Assembly (NCBI GenBank): GCA_043824495.1 | Contig: JBDRSV010000015.1 | Location: 1-64,000 of the forward strand | Reading direction: 5' to 3' | Length of the DNA stretch: 64,000 bases | Source: Candidatus Aenigmatarchaeota archaeon | Lineage (GTDB): Archaea; Aenigmatarchaeota; Aenigmatarchaeia; QMZP01 | Part shown: positions 1 through 9,597 of the stretch, piece by piece | Layout: each line of letters starts with the position of its first letter | How positions within the stretch are numbered: position 1 is the stretch's first letter | Translations under genes and position numbers: made by a program | The notes under the pieces: generated by a model | Seen by the model: only the letters and a program-made list of their open reading frames with translations | Told to the model about the DNA's origin: nothing | Database searches by the model: none

Positions 1-1143
1 GTAAAAACAACTACAGATTCCAATGGTTTGACCAGCTGGATATGGTTAAAGGAATACAACCAAACAGGCAACGGGACTTATGTAACAGGGTGTACAGGAT
101 CTACAGGACGCATAAATTGCACAACTCCTCACAACGTGACAACCACATTCTCAACTTCTTATAATTCAACAAACTTCACGGTGAACGTGAGCCAGACACA
201 AACAATTAATTTAGGAAGCTGTTCTATTGCCGTTGGTATATCAGAAACTCTTAGTACTGGGGTAAATTTCTCTGTCGTGACTATACCCGGTAATGATCTT
301 GAAGCTGACGGAAATGATAACGGCTCCAGTGTTACTATGTATAATATATCTGTTGCAGAAGCAACTGGTTGCACGGTGGATTTGTATATAAAAGCTAATG
401 CAGATCTGTGGTCCGGAGTGGATGTTATTGGGTTAGCAAATGAGACATACTGTAACAGTACAACAGATAATACAGTTCCAGGTACAGCTTGCAGATATCT
501 TAACACAAGCTATGCGGGAAACAAGATAGGAGACGCATTGGGAACAGGATCTAATGTTTTCCTTAAATTCTATTTAGATATTCCAAGTGGTCAAGCAGCA
601 GGAACATATAATAATTCTCTGAATATACATGCTTTATCATCTGGGTCAAGTCCAGATGATGCAATACCAACATTAGTAGATTTCGTTTCTCCTACTCCTG
701 CTAAGGACGCTACAGACGGACCTACTCCACCAATAGTAAATGTTACATATAGCGAAGACAATTTCAATTTCTGTGTTTTACAGTGGTATAATGTTACAGG
801 AGCTCCGGGAGGACAGAATTTCACCAATTCTACAGAAGTGAGTAGCTCATGCCTATTCAATGATATTGGTTCCCAATCATCTGGAGACATCAATACAACT
901 GTATTTGTTTATGATACTCAAAACAACATAAATCAGACAATAAATAGAAATTGGTCAATTTCTGGTCAAACGTGTGGAAATGGTGCAGTGGAAGGAACAG
1001 AAGTTTGTGATACTGACTTCACAAACGCGTGCCCAAATCCTAGTTGGTATCAGGGAAATTATGTGGAAGATGGTGTCACCTGCATTGGAAAAAGTAACTG
1101 TAAAAACGATTGTACAGCATGTAATTTATTCTGTCCAATATAA
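1..1143 (+). CDS. Secreted surface protein, 5'-partial: pilin/WxL-like domain, one Ig-like repeat and a Cys-rich C-terminus
   Basis: Frame is open from base 1 (GTA AAA ACA...). 'FLKFYLDIPSGQAAGTYNNS' matches the next gene. 655-960 matches the repeat unit of the 29682 protein. C-terminal CGNG..EGTEVCD Cys-rich repeat; many NxS/T sequons. Confidence 0.75.
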   Translation, partial: VKTTTDSNGLTSWIWLKEYNQTGNGTYVTGCTGSTGRINCTTPHNVTTTFSTSYNSTNFTVNVSQTQTINLGSCSIAVGISETLSTGVNFSVVTIPGNDLEADGNDNGSSVTMYNISVAEATGCTVDLYIKANADLWSGVDVIGLANETYCNSTTDNTVPGTACRYLNTSYAGNKIGDALGTGSNVFLKFYLDIPSGQAAGTYNNSLNIHALSSGSSPDDAIPTLVDFVSPTPAKDATDGPTPPIVNVTYSEDNFNFCVLQWYNVTGAPGGQNFTNSTEVSSSCLFNDIGSQSSGDINTTVFVYDTQNNINQTINRNWSISGQTCGNGAVEGTEVCDTDFTNACPNPSWYQGNYVEDGVTCIGKSNCKNDCTACNLFCPI

Positions 1144-1144
1144 T

Positions 1145-1214
1145 CCTAATAAACATTTATTAACCAAAAATCCTTTATTCACTCTAATCCCTAATAAACA
1201 TTTATTAACCAAAA
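1145..1214. repeat. Two exact 25-bp direct repeats (CCTAATAAACATTTATTAACCAAAA), each containing the palindrome TAATAAA-CA-TTTATTA
   Basis: Copies at 1145-1169 and 1190-1214, period 45 bp, read directly from the sequence. Confidence 0.9.
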
Positions 1215-1236
1215 GGCTAACTATATAATAGATAAA

Positions 1237-1830
1237 ATGAATGTCAAGATTTTAGTTGTTGGGTTGCTCGTAGTATTTCTATGGGCATCAATGTCTATTT
1301 CTACTTACACGAATGCAGCAGAGACATCAACATCAACTACATCAACCAATGCAAGCGTAAGTAAGAATGTTGCAATGTCTTTATCTACAAACCTATCTGG
1401 TGGTATTGACTTTGGTGCTGTAAACATGAATACAGGAAACAACAATGCTACAGGAAATGATGACGCTGGACCAGAAGGTGATAGCGGAAATGGTTTAAGA
1501 AATTCGTCTTATTTCATCACAATAGATACAGATTCTAATATAAATGTGGATCTTTGTATAAAAGATGAGACCGCTTTGAACACGTCTGGTGGAGACTGGC
1601 TAAACAATGGAAATTATACATGGAATGACAACACAACAGCAAATTCAACTGAAGACAATGAAACAGAATATGTATTTGAGACTACTTATGTCAAACTTAA
1701 TACAACAAACTTGGGTAGCGGTGGAAGAACATATTTAAGATTCTGGTTAGATGTTCCAAATCTACAACCAGCAGGTACATATAATAACACTGTTTACTTC
1801 AAAGGCGTCGAGAACGGTGTCGCTTGCTGA
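1237..1830 (+). CDS. Secreted filament/surface subunit-like protein
   Basis: Signal peptide; Ser/Thr-rich N-terminal strand; 'GIDFGAV' and 'YLRFWLDVPNLQPAGTYNNTV'; paralogous to a domain of the upstream gene. Confidence 0.7.
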   Translation: MNVKILVVGLLVVFLWASMSISTYTNAAETSTSTTSTNASVSKNVAMSLSTNLSGGIDFGAVNMNTGNNNATGNDDAGPEGDSGNGLRNSSYFITIDTDSNINVDLCIKDETALNTSGGDWLNNGNYTWNDNTTANSTEDNETEYVFETTYVKLNTTNLGSGGRTYLRFWLDVPNLQPAGTYNNTVYFKGVENGVAC

Positions 1831-1868
1831 CACTAATGCGTGAAGCTTATAAATCTATATTCTAATAC

Positions 1869-2549
1869 TTGAACATGTTGAGGTATGCAGTAATATTCGT
1901 TATTTCATTGTTATTAATGCCTGCGCTAGTTTTAGCTGATGTTGGGATCGGTATTGGATGGACAACAGAATCAGAATCAGTACACGAAGAATCCACCAAA
2001 TGTGTTACATATAATTTATATAATCCTTTTGATCAAGATGTTAATGGCCGTATAGAAGCTCTAGGCCAGATAAAAGATATGTCAGAAGCAGAAGAACCTA
2101 AAATTATACCAGCTGGAACGTCCTCTAAAGAAGCTTTGCCTACAGAAATTTGTTTCACTCCCCCTAAAGTCTACCAAGATGATTGTATTCTAGGCCCTTT
2201 ACTCTGCTCAAGAACATGTGACGAGAATCAAGAGTTGATAGAGGGTGACTACGAGGTAATTCGTAGTGGAGATCTTATTACTCATGTTCTTTATAGAGGA
2301 GAAGTTCAAGCAGCTTATGATTTGAAACATAGAGGAGGAACAGGATCTGCAACAGGTTCCTCTATATCAGCAACAATGAAAATTATAGTACCTTGTGAAA
2401 TATTAGAAAAAGACGCATTAACAGGCTTGATATTACACCCAGCCTCTGTTTATGTGGGAGTAATTGTAATAGTAATTATAATTGGACTAGTATTTTTCCG
2501 AAGAAGAAGAGACTCCGGCTTTGAGCCACATAAAAACCCTTGGAACTAA
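1869..2549 (+). CDS. Membrane-anchored secreted protein, unknown function
   Basis: Signal peptide, C-terminal TM helix followed by RRRR. Confidence 0.7.
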   Translation: MNMLRYAVIFVISLLLMPALVLADVGIGIGWTTESESVHEESTKCVTYNLYNPFDQDVNGRIEALGQIKDMSEAEEPKIIPAGTSSKEALPTEICFTPPKVYQDDCILGPLLCSRTCDENQELIEGDYEVIRSGDLITHVLYRGEVQAAYDLKHRGGTGSATGSSISATMKIIVPCEILEKDALTGLILHPASVYVGVIVIVIIIGLVFFRRRRDSGFEPHKNPWN

Positions 2550-2557
2550 TATCTAAT

Positions 2558-4186
2558 ATGAAAAGATTGGTTTTTGTCGCTATTTTGCTCTTAATTATAC
2601 CAATAGCTAGCGGACAAGAATCAGCAACACTTTCCAGTACTAGCATTAACCCAAGCGCAGGTTTTGTTTACATTGTACCAAATCTTTCTGAGATAACAAT
2701 ACCATCTGAGACATACTATTATCAAAACATTACAATTGCTCAAACAGGTAATTATCCTGTTACAATTCATACAAATAAAACAGGCACTGTCTCTATATGG
2801 ACTAATTTTACTGACGGTGTAAGTTATTATGATCACATGAATGTAACTCTATCTGTTGCTAAATCAAATGATACAAGAATAAGGATATATGTTCCTTATG
2901 GAAATGAAGGACAGTGGAATCTTACGTTAGAAGGTTACTCTCTAAATGATAGTAAGTCTAACACAACTAACATAACAGTCATTGTTAATGACACAAGTCC
3001 AATAGATGATGTTACTGTATCTGTGCTAAGCCCTTTGATATATCAGGGTAATAATTTAGAACTCAATGTGAGCATACTTAAGGTATCACCACCTTATCCT
3101 ATTGATTTCACAATAGGTTATTGTATTACTCTAGCTTCTGCTAATGCACAATGTACAATGGCTACAGCATTAGAAACAGAAACAAGAGCAATAGAAACAT
3201 ATCTAACATTTTTGAAAACCATATCCAATGTAAATGAAGTGCCTGGAAATTATCTGGTTAAAGTTGTAATTGAGTATAAATTCAACGAAGACATACCTGA
3301 TAGAGCTAAGGCGTCAGACACATTTAGCATAGTAACCACGGGGGGAGGTAGTGGCGGAGGCGACACTGGTAGCGGTGGTGGAGGATCTCCAATAACACCA
3401 ATAACTAGAACCTATGAGCTTGAGATACTAGATTTACCAGATGAATATGAGATTTCTCCTCTAATCAAAGAAACTCTTATTGTCAGGGTCAAGAACAAGA
3501 AAGCTCAAGTAACCAACATGACTCTTAAAATTAGAGGTATACAGGAAGAGTGGTTTACAATATCTCCACGTATTGTGAGTAAGCTCGATGAAGGAGATGT
3601 TTCTACATTCCTTGTCACATTAGAAGTTCCTCAGTATTTATCGCAGAATAATTATACTCTTACGTTTATTGCAGACGCAAATCAAGTAGATGCGGTAGCT
3701 GAAATGAAATTAATCATATTAGGAGAATTAAAACCGCCTATAACTGAGAAGAATAAATGTCTACAGGAAATAAGCAATCTGAAAACAATTGCTGATATAT
3801 TGTTCTCAGAAATTGTGCAGCTTGGTCTAGAAGGTAAAGTTACAACAGAAGCTTTGGCTACAATCACAAATGCTAGAAGTATTCTAGATACTGTGGAATC
3901 TAGAGTATTGTCTGATCAAACAGAACAATGTTCAGTTGAGATAGAAAAGGCAAGAGAGAAGATGGAGAAAGTGACTAATATAATAAATGAATTAAAACAA
4001 GAAGAAGCTAAAGAGAATTTCTATATTCCTCTGGTTCTTGTAACAGCTGTTCTGCTCGCTGCTCTTGTAATAGTTGGATTCAGTTGGGGTAAGCTCAAGC
4101 TAAGATTAAAACATCATAAAAAGAGAAGATCAGATCTAAAGAGAATCAAGAAACATATTAAGAAACACAATTATGTACATCATTAA
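2558..4186 (+). CDS. Membrane-anchored surface protein (Ig-like domains, Gly linker, helical bundle, C-terminal TM)
   Basis: ATG at 2558 gives a clean signal peptide (MKRLVFVAILLL); GGGSGGG linker; TM plus basic tail. Confidence 0.75.
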   Translation: MKRLVFVAILLLIIPIASGQESATLSSTSINPSAGFVYIVPNLSEITIPSETYYYQNITIAQTGNYPVTIHTNKTGTVSIWTNFTDGVSYYDHMNVTLSVAKSNDTRIRIYVPYGNEGQWNLTLEGYSLNDSKSNTTNITVIVNDTSPIDDVTVSVLSPLIYQGNNLELNVSILKVSPPYPIDFTIGYCITLASANAQCTMATALETETRAIETYLTFLKTISNVNEVPGNYLVKVVIEYKFNEDIPDRAKASDTFSIVTTGGGSGGGDTGSGGGGSPITPITRTYELEILDLPDEYEISPLIKETLIVRVKNKKAQVTNMTLKIRGIQEEWFTISPRIVSKLDEGDVSTFLVTLEVPQYLSQNNYTLTFIADANQVDAVAEMKLIILGELKPPITEKNKCLQEISNLKTIADILFSEIVQLGLEGKVTTEALATITNARSILDTVESRVLSDQTEQCSVEIEKAREKMEKVTNIINELKQEEAKENFYIPLVLVTAVLLAALVIVGFSWGKLKLRLKHHKKRRSDLKRIKKHIKKHNYVHH

Positions 4187-4220
4187 TAATGAAGTAAAAT
4201 AATATTATAGTAGGGTTGAA

Positions 4221-4970
4221 ATGAGACGAATTATATCCATAGTTTCTGGTAAAGGTGGAGTAGGAAAAACTGTTTTTGCGTCTAATCTTGGTCTTGCACT
4301 AACAGAACTGGTGGGTGATGTAACACCAGTAACGCTAGTTGACTGTGATATGTCAACAGCTAACCTGGGATTACATCTAGGTTATTATGAGATAGCAACT
4401 GGATTGCATGACGTTATAGAGAGAAAAATGGATATCGAGGATGCAGTTCATTTTCATCCTTCTGGTCTGCGATTCATACCAACGTCACTTGATTATGAAA
4501 GAACAATAGCATTCAATCCTTACACACTAAAGAATAGACTTAGACAGCTAGAAGGAATAATTATAATAGATTCTCCTCCTGGTTTACATGAAGATGTATT
4601 TTCTGTGCTAAAAGCGTCAACAGAAGCTATAGTTGTAACACAACCAGAAACCACAGCTGTGACGGATGCACTCAAAACAATAAATTATGCTCATCAAATG
4701 AAGAAGAAAGTGACAGGAATCGTTGTGAATAGAATGAGAGATTCCTATGAAATTAGCCCAAAAGACATTGAAGAGATGTGTGACGTTGCAGTCATAGGAG
4801 AAATACCAGATGACAAACATCTCAAGAGAAGTGTTTTTGAAAAAACACCTGTAATTAATTATAGACCACATTCTAAATCAGCAATAGAAATTAGAAGAAT
4901 AGCTGCGTATCTCACTGGTAAAGAATACAATCCACCCAAATTCTTAAGACTGAGAAGAGCTTTCAGTTAG
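4221..4970 (+). CDS. minD: MinD/ParA-family ATPase
   Basis: Deviant Walker A SGKGGVGKT, DCD, DSPPG, C-terminal amphipathic tail. Confidence 0.85.
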   Translation: MRRIISIVSGKGGVGKTVFASNLGLALTELVGDVTPVTLVDCDMSTANLGLHLGYYEIATGLHDVIERKMDIEDAVHFHPSGLRFIPTSLDYERTIAFNPYTLKNRLRQLEGIIIIDSPPGLHEDVFSVLKASTEAIVVTQPETTAVTDALKTINYAHQMKKKVTGIVVNRMRDSYEISPKDIEEMCDVAVIGEIPDDKHLKRSVFEKTPVINYRPHSKSAIEIRRIAAYLTGKEYNPPKFLRLRRAFS

Positions 4971-5848
4971 ACTTCAGGATATGTAATGTGAATGAATAGG
5001 ATGAATAAGACATTTAGAACAGGTAAGATTATCCACGTCATTAACCAAATTAACTCATTCACTGTTAGTCCTAGAATCTCCCCTCCAATAATGTTCATAA
5101 TCCCAAGAACTGAAAGCATCATAAGAGGGGCTGCTACAAGTAGAGCTGTGTATATGTCTGCATAAAGAGACAACATTTTCATATAATTATCTCTTCTGAT
5201 TCTATATTCGAATAATGCTTTCTCAGACATCTGATTTAGATAGCTTACTATGTTTCCTCCTTTCTCTATCGTGGAAACTATTCCCTCTAGAATTTGTTTG
5301 AACATTGGTGATGGAGTTTTGTCAGCTACATTGCTAATAGCAACAGGTGAGCTCATACCAAAAGTTTCTATGTTTCTTACAATTGTTGTTGCATCTTTTG
5401 CTATGTATCTATATTCCTTGAAATTTGTGAGTAATCTAAACATTGCTTCAGGAGGAACCCCTGATGATGCTATTGCGCTCATATGAGCTAAAGCAAATGG
5501 TAAATCCGTATCCATAGAGCTTTTAATAGAGCTTGATTTTTGTATAGGATAAATATAGAAGAACACAAATGTGAGAGAAGCAACTAGTATAGGGATGAAT
5601 GCTATGAAGTAAATGGTCATAACCAATTCTAGCTGAAAGAAGAAAACAAACGCGCTAACGAACGCTAAAGATATTACGTAAGCCAATAAACTTGAAAACA
5701 AAATCATGCTTATCCACGTCTTAAGCATGACACCTAATCTAGCTCCGGCTATGTATGGTTTAAGCTGTTTGAATGTATCTGAATACTTGTCTGCTATTCC
5801 GCCAAAAATAACAACCGAGAGTTTCTTGTATCCATCCTCAAGACTCAT
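4967..5848 (-). CDS. Type II secretion system F / TadC / FlaJ-like pilus platform membrane protein
   Basis: 'DLPFALAHMSAIASSGVPP' T2SSF motif, multiple TM helices. Confidence 0.85.
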   Translation of the reverse strand: MSLEDGYKKLSVVIFGGIADKYSDTFKQLKPYIAGARLGVMLKTWISMILFSSLLAYVISLAFVSAFVFFFQLELVMTIYFIAFIPILVASLTFVFFYIYPIQKSSSIKSSMDTDLPFALAHMSAIASSGVPPEAMFRLLTNFKEYRYIAKDATTIVRNIETFGMSSPVAISNVADKTPSPMFKQILEGIVSTIEKGGNIVSYLNQMSEKALFEYRIRRDNYMKMLSLYADIYTALLVAAPLMMLSVLGIMNIIGGEILGLTVNELIWLMTWIILPVLNVLFILFIHITYPEV

Positions 5849-5877
5849 ATATAGATATTGTTTCGGTTAATTAAAAA

Positions 5878-6156
5878 TTAGGTCTTTTTATTGAAGTCTT
5901 TTTTTACTATTTTTCTATGTCTTGCACAAGCTGGACAAGCAAATGACATGCTTCCACCAGAGTATCCTCTTCCACCCAGTTCTTGTCTTATCAGAGGGTC
6001 TGTAATTCTGAATCCTTTAAAAACTGAGAAGGTTTTGTATTTTGGAACCTGTCTCCCACAGAAATCACATGATATAGTACCTTCCCTGCCTCTTCCTTTT
6101 GTATGTTGCCAACCTCTTTTGTAAAAACCTTTTTTACCGCCTGTCATGATCATCAC
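5878..6156 (-). CDS. rps26e: Ribosomal protein S26e (eS26)
   Basis: KGRG..ISCDFCGRQVPKYK ... CPACARH zinc-finger pattern. Confidence 0.8.
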   Translation of the reverse strand: MMIMTGGKKGFYKRGWQHTKGRGREGTISCDFCGRQVPKYKTFSVFKGFRITDPLIRQELGGRGYSGGSMSFACPACARHRKIVKKDFNKKT

Positions 6157-6329
6157 ACTTTACGTTCTTTGTGAATCTGTCTTAATTCTTTGGATTTGCA
6201 TTTTCTACAACCAACTTTGCCTGCTCTTACTTTGAGTAAATCTCCTTTTATCTTTGCTCCACACTTCATACAGATAAATACCCTAAAAAATAGTCTATTT
6301 TCTGTCTCCGGGAATTTTGCTTTAGACAT
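6153..6329 (-). CDS. rpl40e: Ribosomal protein L40e (eL40)
   Basis: 'ICMKCGA....CRKCKSKELR'; start placed at MSKAKF. Confidence 0.85.
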   Translation of the reverse strand: MSKAKFPETENRLFFRVFICMKCGAKIKGDLLKVRAGKVGCRKCKSKELRQIHKERKV

Positions 6330-6831
6330 ACATGTCACCCTTCTTCTTTACTTTAGAATCATCTTTGGCATCTTCAGTTTTTTTAGGTTCAATTGCCTTT
6401 GTTTCTTTAGGATTTTCAGCAGTCTCTACGTTTTCAACTGGTTTCTCTTCTTTTGACTTCTCAACCGATTTTTCAGTTTTCTTTTCTGCTATTTTTTCTT
6501 CGGCCTTTTCCTTTAAGCTCTTTTTCTCGTTTTTCTTTTGTTTCTTTTCAACTTCTTTTAATACAACTTCTTCAGGAAGTCTCGCAGTAACTACGCCTTT
6601 ATCGGTCACTGAGATCTTAACTTTAACTTTTCCAGGTGGTTTTTCTATACCACGTGTCCAAATAAATTCATTAAGCTGTTGAGAAACTTTAATTTCGGAA
6701 GCATCAAAATGTTTTTCTAAGTAAGATTTTATAGCTGTGACTGCTCTTTTGCTTCTCTTACCTCTAGGAGCTTTTAACCATTCCTTTCTCAAAGGAATTG
6801 TACGTAAACTCTCTCCTGCTTTCTGAGTCAT
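6322..6831 (-). CDS. rpl31e: Ribosomal protein L31e with a long charged C-terminal extension
   Basis: 'TIPLR...KRSKRAV...LNEFIWTRGIEKPPGKVKV'. Confidence 0.92.
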   Translation of the reverse strand: MTQKAGESLRTIPLRKEWLKAPRGKRSKRAVTAIKSYLEKHFDASEIKVSQQLNEFIWTRGIEKPPGKVKVKISVTDKGVVTARLPEEVVLKEVEKKQKKNEKKSLKEKAEEKIAEKKTEKSVEKSKEEKPVENVETAENPKETKAIEPKKTEDAKDDSKVKKKGDMYV

Positions 6832-6832
6832 A

Positions 6833-7000
6833 TTAAATCTTTAATCTACTTCTTCTCCAATTTCTTGTTCTGACACGAATTCTTCTACTTCTAGCTCTTT
6901 TTAGACCGAATTTCTTAATATCGGCCCACCTAGGAGCTGATCTCTTTTTAGCCTTGGCTATGAGTTTCAACTTCTTTCCCAGGTCTTTATTTCGTGACAT
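6833..7000 (-). CDS. rpl39e: Ribosomal protein L39e (absent from the ORF track)
   Basis: Manual translation: MSRNKDLGKKLKLIAKAKKRSAPRWADIKKFGLKRARSRRIRVRTRNWRRSRLKI; canonical position before L31e. Confidence 0.92.
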   Translation of the reverse strand: MSRNKDLGKKLKLIAKAKKRSAPRWADIKKFGLKRARSRRIRVRTRNWRRSRLKI

Positions 7001-7013
7001 ATACACCTCAATG

Positions 7014-7289
7014 TTATCGTCTCTTTATATTAATGCTTTTCTTTGCACTTAATGTCTTTAATACTTCTTTCATATTTATATCAGTTACCCTTTCTTTGAC
7101 ATTGTGTGTCTCGTATATATTTATTAAGTACAGTTCAGCTTGGTTTGCAAGAGCAGGATTCACCAATCTCACTCTTGAAAGTCTCTCATTTGCTTCTGGT
7201 GTAAGTATCTTATTTAGCATTTGTTTCTTAAGAGCTTCTATTTGCTGTATTTGAGCTAATTTGTTCGCATCAAACTGATTTTGATTCAT
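7014..7289 (-). CDS. PDCD5-like dsDNA-binding protein
   Basis: 'ILTPEANERLSRVRLVNPALANQAELYLI..ITD..KEVL'. Confidence 0.9.
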   Translation of the reverse strand: MNQNQFDANKLAQIQQIEALKKQMLNKILTPEANERLSRVRLVNPALANQAELYLINIYETHNVKERVTDINMKEVLKTLSAKKSINIKRR

Positions 7290-7299
7290 ATGAATGCGC

Positions 7300-8574
7300 C
7301 TAAGTGCCTTCTTCCCATGATTCCATGTATTTCTCTTGTTCTGGTGTCATGTTATCTATTTTGATACCCATTGCTTCTAATTGAAGTCTTGAGATTTCAG
7401 TATCTATTTCTCCAGGAAGTTGGTGTACTCCTGGTTTTAAATTATCCTTGTTCTTGATTCCGTATTCTACAGCTAAAACTTGACCACAGAATGAAGTAGC
7501 CATCACAGATGATGGATGCCCTTCTGCTGCAGCAAGATTGATTAGTCTTCCTTCTGCGCCGACAAGTATTCTCTTACCGTCAACTACATATTCATCAAGG
7601 AAAGGTCTTAGCTTTCTATGACTACTTGAAATCTCAGCTAAACCTTTAAGGTCAATTTCTATATCAAAATGTCCAGAGTTTGCGAGAATTGCTCCGTCCT
7701 TCATTGCTTTCATGTGTTCTGGCCTAATTATGTGCTTGTTTCCTGTTACTGTGATGAACAATTCTCCTATCTTAACTGCTTCAGACATTGGCATTACTCT
7801 ATATCCATCTAGAGCAGCTTGTAGAGCTCTGAAAGGTTCTACTTCAGTTACTATTACGTTTGCGTCCATGCCTCTAGCTCTTCTTGCTACGCCTCTTCCA
7901 CAATCTCCATATCCACATATAACCACATTCTGTCCTGCAAGCAATATGTTAGATGCTCTTAGGATCCCATCAATTGTTGATTGTCCGCTTCCATAGTAAT
8001 TGTCTATAAGATGTTTGGTTTTGTTGTCATTTACAGCTATTATTGGATATTTCAGAGCATTGTCCTTCTCCATTGCCTTTAATCTGATTATTCCTGTTGT
8101 TGTTTCTTCACAACCAACAATTAAGTTTTCAAGCAATTCTGGGTGTTTTGTGTGTATTTCTGAAATTAGATCACAACCGTCATCAATTGTAACATTTGGT
8201 TTGAATTCAATGACTTTGGTTATGTATCTATAATAATCGTCGTTATTTTCTCCTTTGTATGCCCATATATGAATGCCTTCTTCTGCAAGAGCAGCACATA
8301 TATCGTCTTGAGCAGACAATGGATTGCAACCTGTTATTGCTACTTCTGCTCCTCCTGCCTTTAAGACTCTGACTAATACGCCAGTTTCTTTGGTTACGTG
8401 AAGAGCTAATCCTATTCTGATACCATTAAAAGGTTTCTCTTTTTCTAGCCGTTCCTTTATCTTTAACAAGGATCCCATCTGGGACTCTGCCCATTCTAAG
8501 TTCTTTCTTCCTTGTTCTGCTAACTTAATGTCTTTTACCTCATAATTTTCTCCTACGTCCATACAATTCACCAT
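7300..8574 (-). CDS. ahcY: Adenosylhomocysteinase (SAH hydrolase)
   Basis: LHVTKET, IDDGCDL, EETTTG, GYGDCGRG, NLAAAEGHP motifs. Confidence 0.97.
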   Translation of the reverse strand: MVNCMDVGENYEVKDIKLAEQGRKNLEWAESQMGSLLKIKERLEKEKPFNGIRIGLALHVTKETGVLVRVLKAGGAEVAITGCNPLSAQDDICAALAEEGIHIWAYKGENNDDYYRYITKVIEFKPNVTIDDGCDLISEIHTKHPELLENLIVGCEETTTGIIRLKAMEKDNALKYPIIAVNDNKTKHLIDNYYGSGQSTIDGILRASNILLAGQNVVICGYGDCGRGVARRARGMDANVIVTEVEPFRALQAALDGYRVMPMSEAVKIGELFITVTGNKHIIRPEHMKAMKDGAILANSGHFDIEIDLKGLAEISSSHRKLRPFLDEYVVDGKRILVGAEGRLINLAAAEGHPSSVMATSFCGQVLAVEYGIKNKDNLKPGVHQLPGEIDTEISRLQLEAMGIKIDNMTPEQEKYMESWEEGT

Positions 8575-8591
8575 CTCCTTATTAATAAATA

Positions 8592-9500
8592 TCAGAAGTG
8601 CGTCATGCGCACGAATTCGTTATACCTGTTTTGTATATCTTCTATATTAATCTTTTTAAGCATGTCTGGACCCATATTTTGGGTGTTAAATGATGCTAAC
8701 ACAGATCCGTAGACCATGGCTTTCCTCAAATTCTGCTCAGAAATATCACCGGTTTTGGCTATCCATCCCATAAATCCACCTGCAAAGGCATCTCCTGCGC
8801 CTGTAGGATCTCTCACGCTCTCTAGAGGGTATCCTGGTATTGAGAAGTGAGTATCTCTCCCATATAGGATAGCACCATGCTCTCCCTTCTTAACTACTAT
8901 ATACTTAGGTCCCATATCCAAGCACTTCATAGCCGCTTTCTTCAGATTTGTCTCCTGGAATATTTGTCTGACTTCAAATTCATTCAAGAAGACGATATCT
9001 ACTCTCTTAATGGCTTCCATAACTTTATCTAGCTTTATATCAATCCAGAGTTTGATTGTATCTAAAGCCGTAAGTTTAGGATTTGTTACCTGATCTAATA
9101 CACTTAAATGTTGTTCAGGATCTGTGTTTCCTAAGAAAACATATTCTGCAGACTTGTATGATTCGGGTAATTTAGGATTGAAATCTCCTAAAACATTAAC
9201 TTCAGTTGAAATATCGTTTCTCTCGTCCATGTTTCCTATATATTCAGTCTCAAATCTGAAGTTCTTACCTTCTTTTATTTCTACTCCATCAAGGTTTGCT
9301 CCCCTTGTTTTTAGTAAATCTCTGTAATTCTGAGGGAAATCTGTTCCTATTATAGAAATTAGTCCAGTGTTTGTGAAGAAAGATGCAGCTAAAGAGAAAT
9401 ATGCTGCAGTTCCACCCATTACATCTACTCTTCTTTCGAATGGAGTCTTAATTGTATCCAATCCTATGGATCCAACTACGATCAAATTACTCATACACAT
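8592..9500 (-). CDS. PfkB-family sugar/nucleoside kinase
   Basis: 'VVGSIGLD', 'DPTGAGDAFAGG' signature. Confidence 0.92.
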   Translation of the reverse strand: MCMSNLIVVGSIGLDTIKTPFERRVDVMGGTAAYFSLAASFFTNTGLISIIGTDFPQNYRDLLKTRGANLDGVEIKEGKNFRFETEYIGNMDERNDISTEVNVLGDFNPKLPESYKSAEYVFLGNTDPEQHLSVLDQVTNPKLTALDTIKLWIDIKLDKVMEAIKRVDIVFLNEFEVRQIFQETNLKKAAMKCLDMGPKYIVVKKGEHGAILYGRDTHFSIPGYPLESVRDPTGAGDAFAGGFMGWIAKTGDISEQNLRKAMVYGSVLASFNTQNMGPDMLKKINIEDIQNRYNEFVRMTHF

Positions 9501-9597
9501 GTATTTTTATGGAAATATAAAAAGTTAAGCCTGATTGGGCTTTCATATTGTCAATAATTAGGCAAAATAATTTAAATTCTCCCTGAGTTCCATTTAC

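Noticed and set aside
1145-1214. Possible mini CRISPR array
   Set aside because: Only two repeats, a 20-nt spacer, no cas genes; better explained as operator or promoter duplication.
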